A DNA stretch of 34,118 bases, from the IMG/VR virus record IMGVR_UViG_3300044742_000141, positions 1 through 34,118 of that record; one strand, written 5' to 3'. The notes beneath the pieces are model-generated. The model did no database searches and was not told the origin of the DNA. It worked only from the letters and a program-made list of their open reading frames with translations. This DNA is from a virus (lineage: Duplodnaviria > Caudoviricetes). The position numbers were made by a program, and so were the translations under genes. The first letter of the stretch is position 1. Every line of letters starts with the position of its first letter. This document shows positions 1-8,726 of this stretch, in pieces.

Positions 1-22
1 ACTTGAAAGTAAGGAATATAAG

Positions 23-337
23 ATGGAAGACCAAGACACAAAGATCCCACTTGCTGCCGCAATGAGAGCTAAGGCACAAGAATCTATAAACACGTTCGAT
101 GATAGACTCTACACTAGACTCAGAAACGAGATGGTAGAGACTATTGAAGGTGAAGCTCACAAAGGTAACTCAATAGTTCAAATCAGTCACCAACTCAAGA
201 ATAAGCAAGTGAATAGAAACGTCTTGAATCAACTCAAGAGTTCATTCATTGACGCTGGATACCTAGTAACATACTCAGAAGAGTCCATTCTTATGGACGA
301 GCAAATTAAGGGCCGCTTCAGCATCTCTTGGATGTGA
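23..337 (+). CDS. hypothetical phage protein (104 aa)
   Basis: ORF with AAGGA Shine-Dalgarno-like site just upstream; co-oriented with the polymerase; no motif recognised. Confidence 0.7.
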   Translation: MEDQDTKIPLAAAMRAKAQESINTFDDRLYTRLRNEMVETIEGEAHKGNSIVQISHQLKNKQVNRNVLNQLKSSFIDAGYLVTYSEESILMDEQIKGRFSISWM

Positions 338-340
338 TTT

Positions 341-511
341 ATGGATGATTCATTAAACGAAGCAAATAAGCGAATATTCGTACTTGAAAATGCTCTTTAT
401 ATGCTAATTCATGCTATAACTACAGGACTTGATTACCTCCCGGATGCGGTAACGGAAATTGTAGTTAGCGCTGAAGATGTGCTAAGGCGTAGGGATGATC
501 CTAAAAGCTAA
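341..511 (+). CDS. small hypothetical protein (56 aa, MDDSLNEANKRIFVLENAL...RRRDDPKS), absent from the ORF track
   Basis: Translated by hand: ATG 341 to TAA 509-511 with no internal stop; fills the gap between 23..337 and the polymerase and overlaps the polymerase start. Confidence 0.55.
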   Translation: MDDSLNEANKRIFVLENALYMLIHAITTGLDYLPDAVTEIVVSAEDVLRRRDDPKS

Positions 512-3044
512 GAAACCACCCAAAGAATCGAATGAAGTAAAAAACACTCCAAATCCAACCGTAGCATCGCACGGTTACGGAAGTGCCACAATACTATTCC
601 TGGGGGGCATCCCGCTAAACGCGGATTTGAATAAGGGAATGGCTCTTTCGGGAATGTTCGAGTCTAAACTAAACTCCCATCTTAGAGAGCATGGAGTTTC
701 AATTAATGAGTGTTATAGAGCTGTTGTAATACGGGAGAGAGTAGATTTTATGGGAACCTCTCTCCCAAAACTCAGGAAAGCCCTGGCTCACATTGATGTG
801 CAATTCTATGAGGACTTACTCTTCAAAGAAATTAAAGAGTTAAGGCCCAATGTCATCGTACCACTAGATGATTTAGCTCTAGGCACAGTGTTTCCGCACA
901 TCAAACTTATCACGAAGCCTAGAAATCGTAAGCACTGGATCTATTGTTACCGGGGAAGTGTTCTACCATTGCGTGAGGACTGGCAGATGCACTTAGAGCG
1001 GCCTATACGTGTGATCCCGGCCATATCGCCCCAGATCCTACTTAGTGACCAAGCCGCAGCATCATACGCTGGACTAGACTATGGAAAAATAGTTGCTAAT
1101 AGGTATACCAACTTACCCATCACAGAGTATGGAACAAGATGGGTTGCAAAGACCGCAGAGGCATTTTATAATTATGTAACTCGCTCGATGGCCGCTTCCC
1201 CCAAATTCCTCGTGTTCGACATAGAGACATACGGGGGCATCATAACTTGCATCGGATTCAGTTTTGATGGGGTTGAGGGATGCTGCGTACCACTTCTTGA
1301 GGACTCCATTTCTAAAACCGAGCGAGCGGCCATGCTCATTTATGTAGATAAGCTGTTAAGACATCCAATCCCAAAAGTAAATCAAAACATTAAGTATGAT
1401 TGGGTTATACTTGAGAGATTCGGATTTCAAGTAAATAACGTCATCGGGGACACCATGCTAAAAGGCTCGGTGCTTTACCCTGAGTTACCGAAGGGTTTAG
1501 ACTTTTACACTTCAATATACACGAAAGTAAATTACTATAAAGACGAGGGAAAAGACTTTGACCCAAGACGCCAAACTAAAGATAAGCTCTATCTCTATAA
1601 CGCTTACGATGGAATCGCAACTCATGTCGTGTCCACAAAGCAAGATGAAGAACTCGCAGAGGACCCAGACTTATTACGGTTCAGCACTTCTCTTGCTCAA
1701 CTTTTACCGATATATAAACGAATGGATGAGACAGGAATTAGAATTGATGATTCAAGAAGAACTCAACTCATCGACAAGTACAAATCCCTCTACGACTCAA
1801 ATGTCTTTACCCTTCGAGCATTGGTTAACAATGACCAATTCAACCCCGGATCACCATTACAAGTCGGAAAGTTAATTTATGACGAACTCGGCTTCCCCAA
1901 GAAGTTTAAATTCTTAGAGTCTGGGGAGAAGAGTTACAAGACGGATAAGGGAACTCTAGATGATCTTCTTATCAATCATATCGACAAAGCTGGACCACTC
2001 GGAAAACCAGTCGTTGCAAGAATTATTGTCTGCCGTAAACTCGCTAAGATCCTCGAATATCTACACACGCCTATCTCACTTGACGGGCGCTTTAGAAGTA
2101 CAAGTAATCTTTGCGGAACCGAAACAGGACGATCAAGCTATTCTAAATCTCTTGATGAAATATTTATCAAAGGTGAACTTAAGCGAATTGGTCGCTCTCT
2201 ACAAACCATATCCAAACATGGATTCAAGATAGATGAGGAAGTGTTCGAGGACTTTGAGGACAAGAGTATTGCACATGACCTCAGATCAATGTTTGTTCCA
2301 TCACACGGATGCATATTTATAGAGGCAGACGGTTCGCAGGCCGAAGCAAGACATGTGGCAGTACTCGCAGAGGACTGGGAATTGCTTGAATCATTCGATC
2401 AAAAGCCTAGTGTCCACTCAAAGACCGCTGGAGCTATATTTGGGATGGACCCCGCACTAATAACTAAGAGCGGCCCCTCAATCCCTGGAATCGGAATCAT
2501 GTACTATGACATGGGAAAGAGAATAAGGCACGGCGGCCACTACAAAATGAAGGGAGGTATGTTATCTAGTATGACGCATATGCCTATTAAGGCATGTGAT
2601 GAGATGCTAGTGCGTTTCCACGCTGCGAATCCAAAGATACGTGAAGTATTTCATTACGAGATAGAACAGGAAGTGCGAAAAAATAGAAAACTCAGAACTC
2701 CCGTAGGCCGCTCCCGGACTTTCTTCGCCACGATGAATGACGAGTTGATAAAAGAAGCCATCGCGTACATTCCTCAAAGCGCTGTTTCGGATCACACTAA
2801 GTTCTCCATCCCGCTAATTCTCGCCGAGCGGCCCAAAATACGCTTTCTCGCAGAAATGCATGATGGCTTACTTATGGAGACACGAATAGGTAATGAGCTT
2901 TCTGATCTTGCGGTCGTGAAGAGAATTATGGAAAGGCCGTTAGATTATTCTACCTGCTCATTATCTAGAGATGTGAAGTTAGTAGTACCTGCGGAAGTAA
3001 GTGTTGGTGAGAATTGGATGCACCTACAAGAAGTTAAGATTTGA
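495..3044 (+). CDS. polA: family A DNA polymerase with N-terminal UDG-like (family-4 fold, degenerate) domain and 3'-5' exonuclease domain
   Basis: ExoI FDIET, ExoII NQNIKYD, ExoIII YNAYD; TETGRSS; motif A EADGSQAEAR; motif B KRIRHGGHY; motif C MHDGL; N-terminal LFLGGIP...EIKELRPNVIVPLDDLA...RGSV...VIPAISP follows the family-4 UDG pattern of SPO1-type polymerases. Confidence 0.92.
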   Translation: MILKAKKPPKESNEVKNTPNPTVASHGYGSATILFLGGIPLNADLNKGMALSGMFESKLNSHLREHGVSINECYRAVVIRERVDFMGTSLPKLRKALAHIDVQFYEDLLFKEIKELRPNVIVPLDDLALGTVFPHIKLITKPRNRKHWIYCYRGSVLPLREDWQMHLERPIRVIPAISPQILLSDQAAASYAGLDYGKIVANRYTNLPITEYGTRWVAKTAEAFYNYVTRSMAASPKFLVFDIETYGGIITCIGFSFDGVEGCCVPLLEDSISKTERAAMLIYVDKLLRHPIPKVNQNIKYDWVILERFGFQVNNVIGDTMLKGSVLYPELPKGLDFYTSIYTKVNYYKDEGKDFDPRRQTKDKLYLYNAYDGIATHVVSTKQDEELAEDPDLLRFSTSLAQLLPIYKRMDETGIRIDDSRRTQLIDKYKSLYDSNVFTLRALVNNDQFNPGSPLQVGKLIYDELGFPKKFKFLESGEKSYKTDKGTLDDLLINHIDKAGPLGKPVVARIIVCRKLAKILEYLHTPISLDGRFRSTSNLCGTETGRSSYSKSLDEIFIKGELKRIGRSLQTISKHGFKIDEEVFEDFEDKSIAHDLRSMFVPSHGCIFIEADGSQAEARHVAVLAEDWELLESFDQKPSVHSKTAGAIFGMDPALITKSGPSIPGIGIMYYDMGKRIRHGGHYKMKGGMLSSMTHMPIKACDEMLVRFHAANPKIREVFHYEIEQEVRKNRKLRTPVGRSRTFFATMNDELIKEAIAYIPQSAVSDHTKFSIPLILAERPKIRFLAEMHDGLLMETRIGNELSDLAVVKRIMERPLDYSTCSLSRDVKLVVPAEVSVGENWMHLQEVKI

Positions 3045-3268
3045 CGTTTAGAAGGGAATCTGTTATGGGAATCGGCGATACTTATCGTTTAAGAAATAAC
3101 TTATGGGCTACAGTTGTAGAGAACAAGGAGTTCACGTTTAGAGCAGTAGTAAGTAACAACCCCGACATGAAGATCATTGAATTCAGTAAAGAGACGTTAA
3201 ACTCATTCGAGGGAAAAGAGTATGACGCGATGGAGATGAGAAAAGAAGATCCATACGGGGGAGTGTAA
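3041..3268 (+). CDS. hypothetical protein (75 aa)
   Basis: ORF overlaps the polymerase stop (TTGA) and the next start (TAATG), which suggests translational coupling. Confidence 0.6.
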   Translation: MTFRRESVMGIGDTYRLRNNLWATVVENKEFTFRAVVSNNPDMKIIEFSKETLNSFEGKEYDAMEMRKEDPYGGV

Positions 3269-4446
3269 TGAACTTCATAAATGACTTCATTACTCTTACT
3301 AGCGAATATGAATCTCCTACATCATTTTGGAGATGGAGTGCTTATGCGGTGGTAGCCGCCACGCTAAGAAATAATGTCCATATCCAGGCAGGACTTAGAA
3401 GAATATATCCGAACATTTATGTAGTGCTCTTAGCTGACTCTGCGGAATATCGTAAAAGCGGTGGACCGCTCATGGCAACATCACTTCTGAATGAGTCAGG
3501 AAAGACCAAAGTCTTCTCAGGACGTAATTCAATTCAAAAGATCCTTCAAGCCTTGAGCCAAAATAAGCCATCTTCTTATGCGTCAGGAGTAACAATTCAA
3601 GGAGGGAGTGCGATTCTTGTAGCTGAGGAGTTGGCTTCATTCTTCGTGGAAGATCCACAATGCGTCCCAATACTCACAGATATGTATGATTTTAAGGAGG
3701 TATTTGAATATGGATTAAAGAGTGAGACGGTGGTCATCAAGAATATGTGCATCACGATGCTTGCAGCATCTAATGAGACATTTCTTAAAGAAGTTTATGA
3801 TAACAGAGCCGTATATGGTGGACTCTTAGGCCGCACCTTCATGATTAAACCAGACGAACGCAGAGAAAGTAATTCGTTGTTGCGAATTCCCGAAGAGAAG
3901 TGTAGTAAAGATGCTATTCTCGCAAGTCTCAAAATCATCGGAGCCATGAGCGGCCAATTCAAACTCACCGAGGACGCTATAACATTCTATGAGAAGTGGT
4001 ACAACAACTTATACAAGTCGTACTCTAAAATTAAAGATAGAACAGGAGTGACACACCGAATACACGCAGGAGTTCTTAAAATCGCAATGATCCTTGCGGC
4101 AGCAAGAGGGGAAATGGAAATAGGAGTGACAGACGTGGAAGAGGCTATCGTGCAAACGACATCTCTACGGGCGAATTATGAGGCATATGCAATGAGTAGC
4201 GGAAAAGGAACACAAGCATCGGCGGGGGCCATCCTGTTAACAGCATTATTTGAAGCACCAAACTATAAACTAGATCGTAAGCAAGTGCTTCTGGATCATT
4301 GGCATCAAATCACAAGTGAAGAACTAGATAAACTAGTAAGTACACTTGAGCAAGCGGGATTGATCGTAACTATAATCGCAGAACCTAAGATATATTATCA
4401 GATGACACCGAGATGTCTTGAGATTTATAACAAGAGTGAGGTCTAA
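3268..4446 (+). CDS. DUF3987/YfjI-like P-loop protein (probable replicative helicase-like ATPase) with C-terminal winged-helix-like region
   Basis: ESPTSFWRWS...YPNIYVVLLADSAEYRKS (P-loop-like), LVAEELASF (Walker B-like), GGLLGR, KIAMILA; position next to the polymerase. Confidence 0.65.
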   Translation: MNFINDFITLTSEYESPTSFWRWSAYAVVAATLRNNVHIQAGLRRIYPNIYVVLLADSAEYRKSGGPLMATSLLNESGKTKVFSGRNSIQKILQALSQNKPSSYASGVTIQGGSAILVAEELASFFVEDPQCVPILTDMYDFKEVFEYGLKSETVVIKNMCITMLAASNETFLKEVYDNRAVYGGLLGRTFMIKPDERRESNSLLRIPEEKCSKDAILASLKIIGAMSGQFKLTEDAITFYEKWYNNLYKSYSKIKDRTGVTHRIHAGVLKIAMILAAARGEMEIGVTDVEEAIVQTTSLRANYEAYAMSSGKGTQASAGAILLTALFEAPNYKLDRKQVLLDHWHQITSEELDKLVSTLEQAGLIVTIIAEPKIYYQMTPRCLEIYNKSEV

Positions 4447-4462
4447 CCCCGCTTCGCGGGTT
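4445..4462. terminator. hairpin between convergent gene blocks (possible bidirectional terminator)
   Basis: aaccccGCTTCGCgggtt fills the 14-bp gap between the convergent replication and structural blocks; no strong U-tract. Confidence 0.45.
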
Positions 4463-6623
4463 AGTTCTTCTCTACCTCTTCTCCGTTAGGGGCACGAAGC
4501 ACAACTTTAGCCCCATTTCGAATCGTGAATTCAATTAGATCCCGAAGATTATTTGCTTTAGCTTTAGTAGTTGGAGCGTGAATATAGTTGAGAATCTTCC
4601 TTCCCCCTTCGGGGTCCATTAAAACATCCTCAAGAAAGTCACGAGTTATGGGAATACCAGCTGCAAGGGCACCACCAACCGCACCACCGGCGCCGAAAGT
4701 GTGTCCCATCAACTTTCCAACTCCAGCAGTTCCTAGATACACCGCACCTTTAATTGCGGTATTCTCTAATGCAGACCCAGAACTAGTTGGGTTCGCAAGA
4801 GCTTCATGGGTTTGCATATACTTTACGAATTGTCTAACTGTTTTTCGTTGGTGAGACGTAAATACATTACTCTCCAACGCGCCAGCACCAACACCATTAG
4901 CACCAAAGAAGAAATTATTTAAACGTGTTGAATCATACATCCCAGTTTTGGGATCTAGTGCTTGATCTAATCCATGCTTCATATAAATAGCACCAGCTAG
5001 ATCACGATCTCCAGGAGGAAGCATAACTGCTAGATTATCTAGTCCATTTCTACCTGATTTTATCGCATTCATCACAAGAGTTTCTGGATTTTTATCAAAC
5101 TGCTTTCCAGTTACTTGATTCGGAGAGTCTTCGTTGGCCGCGGCCCCAAGGGCCAACTTAGATTTTAGAATCCCAGCATTTTCTTTAGTGAAAGCCTTCA
5201 CTTCAGCATACTTGGCTTGAGTTTGAGGGTCATATATGCTCTGATCCATGAGTGAGGTATCCGTGTCTTTAGAAAGACTTGCTCTGAGTTTAGCTGCAAC
5301 TCCACTAATCTGAGCTTTATGTGTGTTAGCTGAAGGAATGCTATTTACGAAGTCACTCAACTCAGCTCGAATCTCTTTAACCGTGTTGTAGTCAGCGATA
5401 CTCCTATCATTAATCTTAGGTGTATTCGAGAGGTTATCAAAGAGTGATTTCAGTTTTGAGGCGTGGCGGCCCGACTGACCGATCAAATTCCCCTGAGACT
5501 CTAAAACTGCAATAGCCTGTGAAAGAGGCTCCATCTCTTGAATTGATGGCGTAATGTCAACAGGTCCGGTTATAGTAACCATCTTAGTAGATTGATAAGG
5601 CTGTCCTGTAGCTGGATTAATCCCAGGTACTGGAATTGGAACAGTAATTTGAGTCTGCTCCATCATTTGATCGAAGTCACTGAACTTCTGATTCAATTGT
5701 GCTTTACGTTCTTTACGATAAGCTCTGTGTGTATCTTGAACTAGTTTAGCTCTTTCAAAATTAGATCCAGTATTTAGAATCTCAGCACTCTTAGTTCCTA
5801 GAAGATCCCTAACTACCGCATCTTGACCTTCTTGAATAGATTTACCAAGCCCAGATCGCTTTACATCTCCAGCAAGGCGTGGATCTACTTTAAAGAGTCC
5901 ACCCGCAGTAGGAGTAGGTAAATTAAAGTTCTCACCAAACTCCACAACTTCCCCAAGGTCTTTAACTTGCGACGGAGTCGGAGGAGAATTACGTAATGCA
6001 CGCTTCAACAACTTCTCACGAAGAACTTTAGCAGGATGAGGAAGTACGTCATCAACTACACCTTTAAAATATTGGCCGCCCGTCACAGGTGTAGATCCGG
6101 TGAAAGCATCAATGGTTCGATTTAATACTTTCTCACCTTTTCCCATCCCGTAATTTATTACTTGACCCATCGCACGATCTAGGCCCGTTCTAAACATCAC
6201 GTCCGAGTCATCACGTCCCATCGCGGCTGACGCCGCTTCTCCTCCTAAGTACCCACCTGTGAGTCCTGAGAGCTTCTGTGCTAGGAACGCGGCCCCCTTT
6301 TTGACCCCCTCACGTTCTACGCCTTTAGGAATGAGTCTGTGCGTTCCAAGTGTGGTGAGATCACCACCGACTGAGATCGCAGTATCTAGCGCAAGATTAG
6401 AAAGTCCAGATTCTTTTGCTTCAGAAACTATCTTAGCTCGCTCTTTATCTGAAGAGGTTCCACCTAAGTTACCTCTTCCACGCGATCCCGCAATAATCTC
6501 TTCTTCAGTTGGCCGCTCTGGACTCCACCCTTTTTCTCCACTCGGCAATTCTCGATAATACCACTTATCTCCACTTTTAGAGATGTGCTCTTGCCCTATG
6601 TAATTCGCTGTTTTCTCTGGCAT
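4461..6623 (-). CDS. probable large internal virion / DNA-ejection protein (720 aa)
   Basis: Last gene of the structural block; helical, Gly/Ala-rich hydrophobic segments (GAGGAVGGALAAG, GLTGGYLGGEAASAA) typical of podovirus ejection proteins. Confidence 0.55.
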   Translation of the reverse strand: MPEKTANYIGQEHISKSGDKWYYRELPSGEKGWSPERPTEEEIIAGSRGRGNLGGTSSDKERAKIVSEAKESGLSNLALDTAISVGGDLTTLGTHRLIPKGVEREGVKKGAAFLAQKLSGLTGGYLGGEAASAAMGRDDSDVMFRTGLDRAMGQVINYGMGKGEKVLNRTIDAFTGSTPVTGGQYFKGVVDDVLPHPAKVLREKLLKRALRNSPPTPSQVKDLGEVVEFGENFNLPTPTAGGLFKVDPRLAGDVKRSGLGKSIQEGQDAVVRDLLGTKSAEILNTGSNFERAKLVQDTHRAYRKERKAQLNQKFSDFDQMMEQTQITVPIPVPGINPATGQPYQSTKMVTITGPVDITPSIQEMEPLSQAIAVLESQGNLIGQSGRHASKLKSLFDNLSNTPKINDRSIADYNTVKEIRAELSDFVNSIPSANTHKAQISGVAAKLRASLSKDTDTSLMDQSIYDPQTQAKYAEVKAFTKENAGILKSKLALGAAANEDSPNQVTGKQFDKNPETLVMNAIKSGRNGLDNLAVMLPPGDRDLAGAIYMKHGLDQALDPKTGMYDSTRLNNFFFGANGVGAGALESNVFTSHQRKTVRQFVKYMQTHEALANPTSSGSALENTAIKGAVYLGTAGVGKLMGHTFGAGGAVGGALAAGIPITRDFLEDVLMDPEGGRKILNYIHAPTTKAKANNLRDLIEFTIRNGAKVVLRAPNGEEVEKN

Positions 6624-6631
6624 TTTAACCT

Positions 6632-7984
6632 CTACTCAGGGGGAGTGGCGCGTAACTGAATTTTAGGTGGAGTGTAGAGTCCTTCAGCATTATTCTTGAA
6701 CATTAAAATATTAGCTTGTTCAGGATGCTTCCCATGAAATATAGGGCCATAAGTATTTTGTGTATACTGTCTAAGTTGTTTAACTTTTTCCCTATTTATA
6801 TCATACCCTTTACCACCTAAAGCAGAAGCAACATCAGTCATGATAGACCCATACCAGGAAGGTAAAATCTGTCTAACTCGATCAATATCTGGTTGAGTTA
6901 AAACACCCTTTTCACCTGCAACTCCACGAGAAACATTACCAAGAACAGCATTAATTGAAGAAGTTAGTGTATGAATTTCAGCCGCATTCTTACGATAACC
7001 ATCATTATACAACTCAGCTAGTCTCTCAGCATTTCTAACAGTTTGATTAATAACTCCCATTCTACTTAGCGCAGTTTGATCGGTTGGAGTTAGCGGTTTA
7101 TAACCTTGGGCGTCCATCCCCTTTATGATGCGAAGACGCTCTTTAGACGGATAGAGGGCAAGTTCTTTAGTGCTAAAAGTCCCATCAATAAAGTTATTCA
7201 AATCTTGAATTGGAACATCGGCCCCGCCATCGGATTTGATTTTAGATGCAAGTCTAGCACTTGCTATTTGAAGCCTTACACGATTAGTCTCAGAGTTTCG
7301 TGCGTTGGCCGCGTCACGGTCCAAACTTGCAATCTCAGCACGAGATTTTCCTTGTTCTCTTGCAACTCCAAGCCTTCCAGTATTTCGGATTCCTTCTAGT
7401 TTCTCTGCACTTTGATCTTTAACTCTTTGCTGAAACATGAACTCAGCATCTTTAAGATCTTGAAGCATTGCCTTCTGCTGAAGTTCCTGCTCTTGAACTT
7501 GCTCATATGGAGTTACAGCGCCTAAGAATTGTTTTGTGAAATTCTCATCACCAGCGAATAATGGAGAAAAGGCCGGAACATTGGGCACAGTACCTGTTTG
7601 CGGAGCTTGCTCAGGAATCTGATTCAACATCTGATCCATCTGACCAATTTGACCAACTGGAGCATTCTCATTGCCTACAAGTCCAGTTATTGTTGGCTTA
7701 ACTAAACCCTTAGTAATCATCTCTGTAGCAGTTCGGGCCGCTTCCAGGTTATGTGATTGCTTTCCAAAGATGTCACGTTGCTTCAGTTCTGCTTCAGCAA
7801 TTCGCTGACGTGCATCGGCAATAGCTTTCTCTTGAGCTAGATTTACACGTTGAAGATCCGTCTGTTGCTTGAACAGCTCTTTTTGTTGTTCCGCCTGGAA
7901 CTTACGATTCTCGCTGTTGTTGAAGTCGCGCGCGGCCTGCTCACGCGCTGTGATAAACGCTTCTATGATGGGATTTAAAGCCAT
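6632..7984 (-). CDS. probable internal virion / DNA-ejection protein (450 aa)
   Basis: Gln/Glu/Ala-rich coiled-coil N-terminus; middle gene of a three-gene set after the tail genes, as for P22 gp7/gp20/gp16. Confidence 0.55.
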   Translation of the reverse strand: MALNPIIEAFITAREQAARDFNNSENRKFQAEQQKELFKQQTDLQRVNLAQEKAIADARQRIAEAELKQRDIFGKQSHNLEAARTATEMITKGLVKPTITGLVGNENAPVGQIGQMDQMLNQIPEQAPQTGTVPNVPAFSPLFAGDENFTKQFLGAVTPYEQVQEQELQQKAMLQDLKDAEFMFQQRVKDQSAEKLEGIRNTGRLGVAREQGKSRAEIASLDRDAANARNSETNRVRLQIASARLASKIKSDGGADVPIQDLNNFIDGTFSTKELALYPSKERLRIIKGMDAQGYKPLTPTDQTALSRMGVINQTVRNAERLAELYNDGYRKNAAEIHTLTSSINAVLGNVSRGVAGEKGVLTQPDIDRVRQILPSWYGSIMTDVASALGGKGYDINREKVKQLRQYTQNTYGPIFHGKHPEQANILMFKNNAEGLYTPPKIQLRATPPE

Positions 7985-7996
7985 ATTTCACCTTCT

Positions 7997-8710
7997 TTAA
8001 GTATTTCCCATCCCAGAACTGTATGTACCAGGAGCTTGATACCCGCCATAGCTAGGATTTATTCCACGCTTCTTTTGCTGATCTAGCGCCCAATTATATC
8101 CATAAGTAGAAGCAAGTCCTTGACCCAAACCACTCACTAGGCCGCCCCACGGATTTCCGGGATCAGTCATAGTTCCGGTCGAATTAGTTGTTCCGGTGCT
8201 GTTAAAATTCCGCGTTCCAGTTTGGCGCATTCCAGTTGGAAGCAGGGACGTAACTTTCATTAATCTATCTAGATCTTCACCCTGGAATTGGCGAGCAAGA
8301 AGTGGAATGGAGTTTTGGAAAGAAGTTGCACTAGTAGCTTCCTGATCTCCCTGACGTGCATATAAACCCGCTGCTGCCGCAGAATTACCCAAACCTCTTT
8401 GTGCGATCATCTGAGCAAGTTTAGCTCTAGCACCAATACCTTCCTGGCCTATGTTTCTTAAACCCTCACTTCTATATCCCCGCAAGTCTGGATCTTGAGA
8501 AACTCTATTCTGAAGCATCGGCATCAACACTTCAAGCGCCCGTTGTGCTTCAGGAGTCAAGACGGGCATTGAAGAGTTATCAAACGAATCAGTACCAGAT
8601 TGATTTGTAGTGCTAGACTGCGTCTGAGTATTCGTCTTTTTACGGCCTCCAAGAAGGCCAGAAAGTCCTGAAATTCCCATCAAAGCTAGTGGTAGTGCGA
8701 AAGCGGCCAT
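7997..8710 (-). CDS. probable small DNA-ejection / pilot protein (237 aa)
   Basis: Hydrophobic Gly-rich N-terminus (MAAFALPLALMGISGLSGLLGG), basic patch then T/S/Q tract, C-terminal WGGLVSGLGQGL; the usual pattern of small podovirus ejection proteins. Confidence 0.6.
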   Translation of the reverse strand: MAAFALPLALMGISGLSGLLGGRKKTNTQTQSSTTNQSGTDSFDNSSMPVLTPEAQRALEVLMPMLQNRVSQDPDLRGYRSEGLRNIGQEGIGARAKLAQMIAQRGLGNSAAAAGLYARQGDQEATSATSFQNSIPLLARQFQGEDLDRLMKVTSLLPTGMRQTGTRNFNSTGTTNSTGTMTDPGNPWGGLVSGLGQGLASTYGYNWALDQQKKRGINPSYGGYQAPGTYSSGMGNT

Positions 8711-8726
8711 CTCTAAACTCTCTTTC

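Noticed and set aside
495-3044. DpoZ / Z-genome or other defined base-substitution system
   Set aside because: No purZ, datZ, mazZ, thymidylate-synthase-like or other nucleotide-modification gene is visible; divergent polymerase motifs alone are not enough
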